Part shown: positions 34,854-43,824 of the stretch, in pieces
Numbering within the stretch: the first letter of the stretch is position 1
Layout: each line of letters opens with the position of its first letter
Assembly (NCBI GenBank): GCA_964396475.1
Contig: CAYNFE010000001.1
Coordinates: forward strand, 69,474 to 133,473
Length of the DNA: 64,000 nt
Reading direction: 5' to 3'
Source: Candidatus Woesearchaeota archaeon
Lineage (GTDB): Archaea > Nanobdellota > Nanobdellia > Pacearchaeales > UBA284
Made by a program: the position numbers and the translations under genes
Notes under the pieces: generated by a model
The model's database searches: none
Seen by the model: only the letters and a program-made list of their open reading frames with translations
Told to the model about the DNA's origin: nothing

Positions 34854-36167
34854 ATGAAAATATTTTTTACTGTCTTAATTTTAATTCTTCTGTTACCTTC
34901 AGTATCTGCGATAGTGATAAATGAAATTTTACCTGATCCAGAGAGTGATTGGAATGGTAATGGACAGAATGAAACATATGCTGATGAATGGATAGAGTTA
35001 TTTAATACTGGGCAGACAAAAAATTTAACTGGGTGGAAAATAGGTGATAAGGTTGAGAATTATACTTTAAATCATATTATATGTTCTGGATGTTTTTTAG
35101 TTTTGTTTGGTTCTGAAACTTCTTTACAGTTGAATAACAATGATGAAACTGTTTATTTTTATGATAACAATAGTATTCTTATTGATTCTTATTCATATTC
35201 TTCTTCCTCTGATGACTTATCTTTTGGAAGATGTCCTGACGGTAATGCATCTTGGCAATCAAATTTAAATCCAACACCAGGACAAGCAAACAACTGTTCG
35301 CAACAACAGCAAGAAGAAAAAGAATTAAACTTAGATTATCCAGGGCAAGTCGAGTGTGAAGAAGAATTTTATATTGAGATTGAAGCTTCTGGTTTTGAAG
35401 ATGGTGATTATGATGTCAAAATAGATATTCTTAGTGAGAATGACGAAGAGAGAATAGGAAAAGTGTGGAATGAAGAAGATGAGAAATGGCAGTCCACAAA
35501 TAATTATATAATAGAAATTTTAGAAATTGAGAATGACGAAGGAGATGTAAAATTAAAATATAAGATAGAGGATTTTGAAGGAGATGCTATACTAAGGCCA
35601 AGGATAAGGAAAACAGGTTCAAGCTCTTATGAACAGTTTGATGATGAAGATATAGAAGTGGAATGTAATATCCAAGAGGAATCTGAGATCAAAATTCTAG
35701 AATGGCCTACAGAAGCTAGATTTGGTGAGGAGATTAAAGTAGAAATTGAAATTTATCGAGGAGATACAGCAAAATATGCAGTTTATATTTATGTTCAAGA
35801 CAATGAAGGATCAAAAATGAGTGATAAAATTAGTTTACATGCTGATGAAAAATTCCAGATATATACTGAAACTATAACATTGACACTTAAATGCGAGAAT
35901 GAACAAGGAACTTATGAAATTATTGCAGAAGGTTTTGATACTGAAGATAGAAAAGAAATAACAATAGAATCTTGTGAACCTGAATCTGAAGAACCTATGG
36001 TTGAATCTTCTAAAACTGAAACTACCAAGACTAAAACTTATCAATCTAGTCATTCATATCCTAGCTCTGTAGAATCAGAAAATCTTCTAATCAATAAAAC
36101 TTTACCTTATATTTTGTCTTCAATAGCATTACTTCTCGTCATTTATTTAATAATCAAGAAGATTTAA
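34854..36167 (+). CDS. C-terminally anchored surface protein with N-terminal lamin-tail domain (LTD)
   Basis: 437 aa. After the signal peptide comes IVINEILPDPESDW...DEWIELFNTGQTKNLTGWKIGD...ETVYFYDNNSILIDSYSY, an LTD pattern. An acidic middle region, a C-terminal TM and KKI follow. Confidence 0.7.
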   Translation: MKIFFTVLILILLLPSVSAIVINEILPDPESDWNGNGQNETYADEWIELFNTGQTKNLTGWKIGDKVENYTLNHIICSGCFLVLFGSETSLQLNNNDETVYFYDNNSILIDSYSYSSSSDDLSFGRCPDGNASWQSNLNPTPGQANNCSQQQQEEKELNLDYPGQVECEEEFYIEIEASGFEDGDYDVKIDILSENDEERIGKVWNEEDEKWQSTNNYIIEILEIENDEGDVKLKYKIEDFEGDAILRPRIRKTGSSSYEQFDDEDIEVECNIQEESEIKILEWPTEARFGEEIKVEIEIYRGDTAKYAVYIYVQDNEGSKMSDKISLHADEKFQIYTETITLTLKCENEQGTYEIIAEGFDTEDRKEITIESCEPESEEPMVESSKTETTKTKTYQSSHSYPSSVESENLLINKTLPYILSSIALLLVIYLIIKKI

Positions 36168-36202
36168 AAAGAAGTATCATTTTTTATTAAAATAAAAATA
36201 AA

Positions 36203-36676
36203 ATGGACCAAAAAGAAATAAGAGATAAGCTTGCACATGAATGGCTTCGTACCCATCTAATTTTTGAAATATTAGGAAAGCCAGCAGAACATATAGAGAA
36301 AGCAATGGATATGTTATTAGAAAAGCTTGCAGAAGAGAAAAATATAGAACTCTTAGATAAGAAAACCAATAAAGCAAAACCTGTAGAAAAAACAAAACAG
36401 GTCTTTACCACTTTTGCAGAAGCTGAAGTTCTTATTAATAAATTACCTCGTCTTATAGAAATTATTTTTGATTACATGCCTTCTTCAATTGAAATAGTGG
36501 AACCAACAGTATTGAAATTTAAAAATGAGGATGTGAATGCTTTGATAAATGATTTGGCTGCAAAACTTCACCACTATGATGCTATTTCAAAAAAATTAAA
36601 GATAGAGAGAGCTGCTCTTATAAAAAGACTCAAGGAAGAATTAGATAAGAAAGAAGAAGGAAAGGAAGAGAAATAA
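36203..36676 (+). CDS. hypothetical cytoplasmic protein
   Basis: 157 aa, helical and K/E-rich at the C-terminus. Preferred over the two antisense ORFs. Confidence 0.5.
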   Translation: MDQKEIRDKLAHEWLRTHLIFEILGKPAEHIEKAMDMLLEKLAEEKNIELLDKKTNKAKPVEKTKQVFTTFAEAEVLINKLPRLIEIIFDYMPSSIEIVEPTVLKFKNEDVNALINDLAAKLHHYDAISKKLKIERAALIKRLKEELDKKEEGKEEK

Positions 36677-36679
36677 AAA

Positions 36680-36937
36680 ATGAGTATAGATAATAAATTC
36701 AACAAATCTGGTAAAACTAAAGAAATAATCAAAGATATGTTTTTGATCGGAACGTTATTTGGGGGAACTGCTAATTTAATTTATAATATCACAACAGCAG
36801 AGGAATTTACCCGCTTAGAATCTTTAGGTTATTTTATTAAAGGTGCTGGATTTGGTGCAATTGCAGGATTAGTTCTTGGTTCATTATGTAGTATTATCTA
36901 CATAAGTATTAATAAGCATAGAATTAAAAAATATTAA
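36680..36937 (+). CDS. small membrane protein with Gly-zipper-like helices
   Basis: 85 aa: GTLFGGTANLIY and GAGFGAIAGLVLGSLCSIIY. Confidence 0.45.
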   Translation: MSIDNKFNKSGKTKEIIKDMFLIGTLFGGTANLIYNITTAEEFTRLESLGYFIKGAGFGAIAGLVLGSLCSIIYISINKHRIKKY

Positions 36938-36947
36938 AAATAAAAAA

Positions 36948-39080
36948 TTAACGTCTTCTTATACTTGAGGGTCTCTGAAATTTTTTCTCATATTGTTTTG
37001 ATGCTTCTTTCAAGAATTCACCCATCTCTTTTCTTGGTTTTTTTCTTATTAGAATATAAATAATGATCAGTATAATTATTATTGCTGCAGATATTATTAT
37101 GCCCCAGGTTCTTCCAGGTGTTGCTTTCTTTTTGCAAGCATCAGCTGGCACACAACAAACAAATGTATCTTTTGCTGCAGTAATATTTCCTTCACAGATT
37201 TCATTTTCTTCTTCTCTACAGATTTTACCTCCTAATTCAGAACAAGTTTTTTCTTCTAAACCTATACTTGTAATATTTATAGTCATAGGAAGGGTTGTAG
37301 TTATTTTTTCTGAATTATATTTTGCTTCAGCTATAATTTCTCCTTCATAGACTCTTGCTATTACTGGTGAAAATGAAATTGTTATTGTTTCTTTTTCTCC
37401 TCTAATAATCTCCTCTATAAAACTTGGATCTATTCTCTCAACAACACCAATCAAGGCAGAACTGTAAGTTAGGGAAATATCTATAATATCTCTATCAAGT
37501 TTATTTTCTAATCTAATGCTAATTGTAAAAGGTCCTTCTGAAACATCTGCTGTTTTTGTGATATTTTTTTCAATGAAATAAAATCTTTTTTGTATCAGGC
37601 TTTCATTAAGCTCTGTAGTTTTATTTTCCCATTCTTGTTCTGTTTCATTTATAATCTCTTGCTGTTCACTCTCATTAAGCTCTTCTTCACTTGAACCCAC
37701 AGAACCATTTATCCCCTCCTGTCCAGTTTTTTCTGTAAATATCAAAATAGGGATTGAATAATCATAATGTTCCTGAGAAATTTTAGATCTGTAATCAAGG
37801 GCAAGGTTTTCAAAGATAGTTCTTCCATCAACTGTAGTTACTTGAGGAATATCAAATCTCAAATTTTTTATACCATTGACAGGCAAATTTGTTATAATAC
37901 TGGAATTAAGCATATTTGTTTCTATGACTATATCACTTATTCCTTTGTTCAATAAAATTAAATCAAAGGTTCCGAGACTTTCTGTTTTTATGATGCCTGG
38001 CCAAAATGCAAGTAAGGGTTCTATGTTTTTATTTTGAAAACCAAAGACAAGCATGAATGATTCATCCACTAGAGATAAAGTTCCTTGTTCTAAAAGCCAG
38101 CTTTCAGATTTTTCTATAGAATCTAAATAACTTGAGTTTGAATAATTATTAGATTTTAAAATGAAAGTAGCGAGACTAGTTGCTTTTATATCTGATTCAT
38201 AACTAGTTAGATTTTTTGGCCACCATCCACTAGTTGTCTGTGAATTTAGAATATGATTTAATATTTCAGAATCTTTTGTCAAATAATAAATAATAGCTTT
38301 TTCTTCGATATTAATAGCATTTTCTTTCAGCCAAGAAATTCCAGCAGCATTAACACTATCATTCTTATCTAATCTTCCTGTCATTGCAAGAGAAAATAAA
38401 GCATAAGCTGTAGCTTCTGTATCACATGGACTGCCCCAGCATCCAGTATTATTATCTTGAGAAGTTTCTAGAATGTCTTGCATTTCCTGTCTTACTAAAC
38501 TATCTTTAAAATTTATAAGAGTAAGGGCATTTAATCTCATACTACATTCTTGATTTATGCAAGAATCATCTCTCTCCTTGTAAGTTGTCAATGCTTCCTC
38601 TTCCAATATATGTGAAAGTGCACCTGCAGAAAGAATATGTTCTTCTAGATCTAGAGTAAGCCATTTATTTTCAACTCTAGGTCTTAAATTTTCATATCTT
38701 GATGTTGTTATCTTTTTAATAGTTAAAGGTGTATTTGCAACATATAAACTTCCATCTTTACAAGTTCCTCTGACTCTCAACAAATAATCATTAGGTTCAT
38801 TAGGTAAGTCAAACCATAAGAAATATTTTGTATCTGTTACTTTTGAGATAAAAATATTAATAGGAAGTTGAGTGCTTCCTCTATAAAAAAAGATATCGCT
38901 AGAAAGAATGTCTCTCATAACATCAGCATCTAATTCAACCTGTACTGTTTCTTCTGGAAGATAAACTGTTTTTGCAAGGTTCAAATTAATGCAAGCTAGG
39001 GCACTAACATTACTTATACAAAAACAAAAAATGAAAATCAATACTATTATTATAAAAAAAATAAAATAATTCTGCCTCAT
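36948..39080 (-). CDS. membrane-anchored surface protein with prenyltransferase/terpene-cyclase-like alpha/alpha-toroid region and one six-Cys module
   Basis: 710 aa with an N-terminal signal. Segments CWGSPCDTEATAYALFSL, AGISWLKEN and NSQTTSGWWPKN resemble QW/SQHop-cyclase-type repeats. The juxtamembrane CSELGGKICREEENEICEGNITAAKDTFVCCVPADAC is followed by a TM and a basic tail. Confidence 0.6.
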   Translation of the reverse strand: MRQNYFIFFIIIVLIFIFCFCISNVSALACINLNLAKTVYLPEETVQVELDADVMRDILSSDIFFYRGSTQLPINIFISKVTDTKYFLWFDLPNEPNDYLLRVRGTCKDGSLYVANTPLTIKKITTSRYENLRPRVENKWLTLDLEEHILSAGALSHILEEEALTTYKERDDSCINQECSMRLNALTLINFKDSLVRQEMQDILETSQDNNTGCWGSPCDTEATAYALFSLAMTGRLDKNDSVNAAGISWLKENAINIEEKAIIYYLTKDSEILNHILNSQTTSGWWPKNLTSYESDIKATSLATFILKSNNYSNSSYLDSIEKSESWLLEQGTLSLVDESFMLVFGFQNKNIEPLLAFWPGIIKTESLGTFDLILLNKGISDIVIETNMLNSSIITNLPVNGIKNLRFDIPQVTTVDGRTIFENLALDYRSKISQEHYDYSIPILIFTEKTGQEGINGSVGSSEEELNESEQQEIINETEQEWENKTTELNESLIQKRFYFIEKNITKTADVSEGPFTISIRLENKLDRDIIDISLTYSSALIGVVERIDPSFIEEIIRGEKETITISFSPVIARVYEGEIIAEAKYNSEKITTTLPMTINITSIGLEEKTCSELGGKICREEENEICEGNITAAKDTFVCCVPADACKKKATPGRTWGIIISAAIIIILIIIYILIRKKPRKEMGEFLKEASKQYEKKFQRPSSIRRR

Positions 39081-39118
39081 TTTAATAGATAGAGAAAAAA
39101 GAGTTAATAAATTTTTTC

Positions 39119-41530
39119 TTATTTCTTTGACATCTTTTTTAACTTTTTCAATGTTTTTTCAAGATCTGATTCTGCTTTTCCTCTGGTTCTTATTTTTGCT
39201 TTTGGTGCCTCAGGCAGTTTTGGCTTTGCCATAGATGCAGGCATGGGTCTCATAGGTCTTGACATAGCAGCTTTTGGAACTGCTCTAACTGGACCTGGAC
39301 CTCTTGCTGGCCTAACTGGTCCCGGTCGTCTAGCCATTGTTGCTGGAATTCTTGTTCTTGAAGGCATGACTGGTCTTCTAGGAGGCATTGTTCCTGGTGG
39401 GAAAAGTTCTAGCTTTTTCTTTGGTTTTGGTTTTTTGAATTTGAAGAAATATAATAATACAGCTGCGATAACAACCAATATAATAATTAACCATAACCAC
39501 CACAAGCTAGCTGGCTTTTTACACTCACCCTGGCTAGGACAACATCTTGTGGTATCACTAGCTTCTATATAATCAACAGAACATTTTTCATCGCCAATAC
39601 AGGTTGTTCCTGCCTGTCTAGCACAAGTTCCAACACATCTACCAGTACAACAATTCTCAACATCTCTTGTTTTTTGTATAAACCCATCAAAACAATCTTC
39701 ACCAATATCACACTCTTCTCCTATATTACTACAACTAACATCTTCTACACATTCTACAGTTGTTCCTACACAACACATGTCAGTATCTTGTGTTGTTGTG
39801 AAACCGACAGTATTCCAGGTTATACTATTCACACAAACCTCTCCAGAGCTACATACAATACCAATATCAATACAATTTTGTTCAGAAGCATTTGCAGGAA
39901 CACAAGAACCTAAACAACAATCACCATCTAGTGTATAGACAGTATCGCCGTAACACTCTTCTCCAGCTTCACAGACAGCTCCTCCAGCTTCGCTACATTC
40001 TGCATCAGCGTATTTTTTACAACAATAATCTTCCCAGTCAGGACAAACTATAGTCCAAACATCAAATTCATCTGCTTCACACTGTTCTTTACAGACTCCA
40101 CCAGCATCACTGCATTCTATAGTTCCTCCTCCAAGCCAATGACAACAAATCTGTCCTGTTGGGCAATCAAAAGGAAGTTCTATCCATTCTGGAGCACAAG
40201 TTAAATTTTCAGTACATTCATAAAAAGGACCTTGATCCTCACATGCTCCTCCTACTCCGCCAGTTCCAGGACAGAGATAAGGCCAAAATACCCATAAAGC
40301 AAATGCAGTATCTCTAATAGAATTTTTTCCAGCCTCCCCATAAGCACTTGAGACAAGATCTCCATTTGGTTCTTGATTAGTAATTAAATAATTTTTTGCC
40401 TTGCTTATAGCATCTGGGCCTGTTCCACCTAAAGCTAAGCCAGCATGAGCAGTATCATAAACTCTTCCATAGACAATAGGTTGTATCAACCAATAGCCTT
40501 TATCTATGCCTACAATTTTTTGTGCATTTAGTATTGTATCAGAATATCTTGACTGGGTTGTCAAAGGATATAAGAAAGATTCAGGGAAAAATTTTATATT
40601 TTCTTCTGCAAAAACTACAAGATAAGGAATGAGCAGATTTGCATTCTCAGTATCTCCTTGTCTTGATAAAACATATGCTGTCCATGCAGTTCCTTCATAA
40701 TCGCAAGTTCCAATGTTAAGAGGATTAGATTGACAATAAGATGGAACTCTTAATTCTAGAGGTTGTGGTTGGTCTTCAATCTTATTTGAACCTGGCACTC
40801 CTGGTTTGCCACTTTTAGTCTCGCTTGAAACATGCCAAATCTCGCTGCCTGCTTTTTTGTAAAGCAGAGAAGTTCTATAGACTTCAGTATCACTCCAACA
40901 CTTAATAGTATATATATTACTATAACACTGGGAACTTTTCTCTACTTCAAACCAATAATCTCTATAAGTTCTTTTGAAACAGTCAGTAGTATTCAACATC
41001 TCAACAGTTTTATCATCATTAACTTTAAATGCTAATTTCTCATCATGTCCAGCATAAATTATTGAACAGGTAGCATTATGACCTCGCTCTACATCTATCT
41101 GTAAATACCAATCAATTCCTTGAGTTTGAGTCATATTTTGTCCAAGAAGCCAGTTCTTTATTTTGGTAGTATTTTCATCAAATTCATCCAAAGCCATTTT
41201 TGCAAGAGCTGTTTCAGTCAACAGACACTGACTCTCTGAGTTTGGTCTAGGTCCAGCCCCCCAACATTTTATTTCTGGTCCAACATAGGCTTTGGAGTTC
41301 AAAGCGCTTCTCCCAGGATCAGTAAGAGTAGTATTACAGTATAAAGCAAGGAGAGAGAAAGCATGTTGTTTATTATTCAATTCAGCCCAGTGTCCTCGTA
41401 CTTTATTTATAAGCCAATCATAAGCTTCAGCAACTTTATCTTCTTCAGTTTCTTGGGCTAAAGTAAAACTAATACTGGAAATAAGAATTAAGATAAGAAT
41501 AGTACAAAAAACTACACTCTTTTTTATCAT
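39119..41530 (-). CDS. membrane-anchored surface protein: alpha/alpha-toroid-like region, six tandem six-Cys modules, TM, Pro/Arg-rich cytoplasmic tail
   Basis: 803 aa with an N-terminal signal. Toroid-like repeats (AYDWLINKV, IKNWLLGQNMTQTQGIDWY, GTAWTAYVLSRQG, AKNYLITNQEPNGD) precede the Cys array at aa 420-670. The TM LWWLWLIIILVVIAAVLLYFF and a 107 aa tail follow. Confidence 0.6.
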   Translation of the reverse strand: MIKKSVVFCTILILILISSISFTLAQETEEDKVAEAYDWLINKVRGHWAELNNKQHAFSLLALYCNTTLTDPGRSALNSKAYVGPEIKCWGAGPRPNSESQCLLTETALAKMALDEFDENTTKIKNWLLGQNMTQTQGIDWYLQIDVERGHNATCSIIYAGHDEKLAFKVNDDKTVEMLNTTDCFKRTYRDYWFEVEKSSQCYSNIYTIKCWSDTEVYRTSLLYKKAGSEIWHVSSETKSGKPGVPGSNKIEDQPQPLELRVPSYCQSNPLNIGTCDYEGTAWTAYVLSRQGDTENANLLIPYLVVFAEENIKFFPESFLYPLTTQSRYSDTILNAQKIVGIDKGYWLIQPIVYGRVYDTAHAGLALGGTGPDAISKAKNYLITNQEPNGDLVSSAYGEAGKNSIRDTAFALWVFWPYLCPGTGGVGGACEDQGPFYECTENLTCAPEWIELPFDCPTGQICCHWLGGGTIECSDAGGVCKEQCEADEFDVWTIVCPDWEDYCCKKYADAECSEAGGAVCEAGEECYGDTVYTLDGDCCLGSCVPANASEQNCIDIGIVCSSGEVCVNSITWNTVGFTTTQDTDMCCVGTTVECVEDVSCSNIGEECDIGEDCFDGFIQKTRDVENCCTGRCVGTCARQAGTTCIGDEKCSVDYIEASDTTRCCPSQGECKKPASLWWLWLIIILVVIAAVLLYFFKFKKPKPKKKLELFPPGTMPPRRPVMPSRTRIPATMARRPGPVRPARGPGPVRAVPKAAMSRPMRPMPASMAKPKLPEAPKAKIRTRGKAESDLEKTLKKLKKMSKK

Positions 41531-41542
41531 ATTTTTCTAAAC

Positions 41543-42934
41543 TCACATATATTTAAAAGACTTTCGTTTACTTTGTCTTTTCTGTTTTCTCTTTTTTCCT
41601 TTTTCTTCTCTACTCTGTCTTTCTGCAATCATAGCTCTTCTTAAAACATAATTCACAGGATTCTTTATCTTCTTACATATTGGAGGATGAACATCAGTTG
41701 GGCAGACACCCAAATCAAGATAATAAGCATTTAAATTGCAATTAGGAGGCAATCTAGGTTCTTGTTTTTTAAACCATTGCAATTGTGTTGCAATATAATT
41801 TTCTTTAAGTGCCCTATAATTTAATTTATTCCATTTCTTAATTCTGGATTCAACATCTTCCATACTTAAACCAAGAGACCTAAAAAAATTGATAAGAATA
41901 AATAGAGCTCTTTTCCTTCCATCATGTTTCATTCCAAGCAAGATATTTTTTATACAAGGTGGAAACATTTCTTCATTTAGTTTATCTATTTTAATTTTTG
42001 GAAATGGAGTTTTTTTCTTTATTTCTTTTTCTTTGATTTCTTCTCGCGCTTCTTTTCTTGCTTTCCAATCTATGGCTTGAACAAATAACTCTTTGGCTTC
42101 TCCTTGCTCAGGTTCAGACATGAAAGGTTTAACAAAAATTCTCTCAGGTTTTGCCCATGCTGGATGAAAGGCTTTAATTTGGTCAGATCTTATGACTACA
42201 CTAGCTAGTCCTGTTCTTTCATGTAAAGAGTATGCCATTCTATAGAGGTGTCTTGGGGCAATAAGCACAGTATCAATTTCCAGAATACTAAAAGGATTGA
42301 ATCTAGCTTCTCCTTCATCAATTAAAGCCTCGATAGGTTTTCCAGTAGCTTTAGATATTTCTTTTAAACTGCTCAATTTTAAAATTCTCTTAGCAAGATC
42401 TTGATATATCATATCTTTAAGGTAAGCTGCAATCAACCTTGGACCTTCTGGAAAAAAATCTTTTACATCCATCTCATTAATTTTTGAAGGAAAGGCCTTG
42501 AATTTAAGACCGATATGAAAACCACTGCCTCCACTAAATTTCAACCCAAAATTTCTTACACCATGGAAATACAAAGCTTCGCAGAGGAGCCAGGCTGCTA
42601 TTTTACTGTATTCAATAAATTTGCAATCTATGTCCAAAATAAGGTCCCATCCTTGTCTCATCTTATTTAGCTGTTCTATTCTTAGATCAGTGCTTAAGTC
42701 AAGAGGAGTGTTCCATAACTCTTCAGAGACATGAAAAGATGTTGCTCCTCTGGCTGCAAGATTAGCAATATCTTGTGGATATTCAATTATATCGGGTCTC
42801 TTCCCAAAAGTATCAAAATAAAGAGGAATGGTTTCTTTATTTTTTGCTTGCTCAGCTAAGGCAGCTTGTACATCTTTTCTTAAATAATAAAAATAAGCAG
42901 TTTTTCTTAACCCTTCCAACTTTTTCATTAACAA
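41543..42934 (-). CDS. priSL: fused archaeo-eukaryotic DNA primase (PriS catalytic domain plus PriL Fe-S C-terminal domain)
   Basis: AEP motifs LILDIDCKF, FSGGSGFHIGL and EIDTVLIAPRHLYRMAYSLHERTG. C-terminal FPPCIKNIL...GRKRALFILINFF...PPNCNLNAYYLDLGVCP...PPICKKIKNPVNY matches the 4-Cys PriL-CTD. Confidence 0.8.
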   Translation of the reverse strand: MLMKKLEGLRKTAYFYYLRKDVQAALAEQAKNKETIPLYFDTFGKRPDIIEYPQDIANLAARGATSFHVSEELWNTPLDLSTDLRIEQLNKMRQGWDLILDIDCKFIEYSKIAAWLLCEALYFHGVRNFGLKFSGGSGFHIGLKFKAFPSKINEMDVKDFFPEGPRLIAAYLKDMIYQDLAKRILKLSSLKEISKATGKPIEALIDEGEARFNPFSILEIDTVLIAPRHLYRMAYSLHERTGLASVVIRSDQIKAFHPAWAKPERIFVKPFMSEPEQGEAKELFVQAIDWKARKEAREEIKEKEIKKKTPFPKIKIDKLNEEMFPPCIKNILLGMKHDGRKRALFILINFFRSLGLSMEDVESRIKKWNKLNYRALKENYIATQLQWFKKQEPRLPPNCNLNAYYLDLGVCPTDVHPPICKKIKNPVNYVLRRAMIAERQSREEKGKKRKQKRQSKRKSFKYM

Positions 42935-43030
42935 AATTAGAAGTGAAAATTTAAATAATTACTTATGATTAAAAATATTCAATAAGAAACACAATAACAC
43001 AATAAACTTTAAAAAGTTCTGAACTCTAAG

Positions 43031-43777
43031 ATGCCTATGTTAATTAAATTAGATAATCCAAAACTTCTTGCCGATAGTATTTCATTGCTTTCAGATCTAG
43101 TCTTGGAAGTTAAGGCAAAAATAAATAAGAATGGTTTTGAGATAACAGCAATAGATCCTGCTAATGTTGCTTTAATATCATTAAAAATTCCAGCAAAAGT
43201 TTTTTCACAATTTGAATTAGATAAAAATAAGGAAGAAGAACTTGGATTGAATCTTGAAGATCTTAAACAAGTACTAAGAAGAGCATCACCAAACTCACCC
43301 CTCATAATAGAAAGGAAAGATAATACTATTAGACTAAAAATAAGGGAAAAATCAAAGAGGGCTTTTAGTTTAGCTTTAATAGATATAGAAGCTGAAGAAA
43401 AACAAATCCCAAATCTAAATTTCTTATCTAAAATAGAGCTAGACTCAAGAAGTTTTTCAGAATCAATAAATGATGCATCAATAGTTGCTGACTCTTGTTC
43501 TTTTAATGCCTCAGAAAATCTTTTTTTGATAGAGGCAAAAGGAACCCTAAATTCAGCTAAGACAGAATTTAACAGTGATGAGATAAAAATAGATTCTAAA
43601 GAAAATTCAAAATCCAAATATAGCTTAGATTATCTTGTTAAGTTTGCAAAAGCATCAAAATTATCTGATAAGGTTAAAATTAATTTTTCAAATGATTACC
43701 CTGCAAGATTTGATTTTGTTAACAAGGAAGGAATTGAGTTAAGTTTTATTCTTGCTCCGAGGGTAGAAGAAGAATAA
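43031..43777 (+). CDS. pcn: DNA polymerase sliding clamp PCNA
   Basis: 248 aa with a two-domain PCNA pattern (LSDLVLEVKAKINKNGFEITAIDPANVALISLKIP...LGLNLEDLKQVLRRA...YSLDYLVKFAKA). Confidence 0.9.
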   Translation: MPMLIKLDNPKLLADSISLLSDLVLEVKAKINKNGFEITAIDPANVALISLKIPAKVFSQFELDKNKEEELGLNLEDLKQVLRRASPNSPLIIERKDNTIRLKIREKSKRAFSLALIDIEAEEKQIPNLNFLSKIELDSRSFSESINDASIVADSCSFNASENLFLIEAKGTLNSAKTEFNSDEIKIDSKENSKSKYSLDYLVKFAKASKLSDKVKINFSNDYPARFDFVNKEGIELSFILAPRVEEE

Positions 43778-43824
43778 AAGGGGAATAGAATAAACTTTAT
43801 AAATATTAATTTGTTATTAGAAAC

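Noticed and set aside
36177-36411. Two overlapping minus-strand ORFs (72 and 74 aa)
   Set aside because: They are antisense to the 157 aa plus-strand ORF, which fits the operon spacing after the LTD gene. Their composition is F/L/S-rich.
42935-43030. AT-rich spacer between divergent primase and PCNA genes as a possible replication origin
   Set aside because: No ORB-like inverted repeats or repeated mini-ORB elements are discernible. No cdc6/orc1 gene is adjacent, and 96 nt is adequately explained by two divergent promoters.
43009-43617. 202 aa minus-strand ORF
   Set aside because: It is fully antisense to the clearly identifiable PCNA gene, with low-complexity S/L/F composition.
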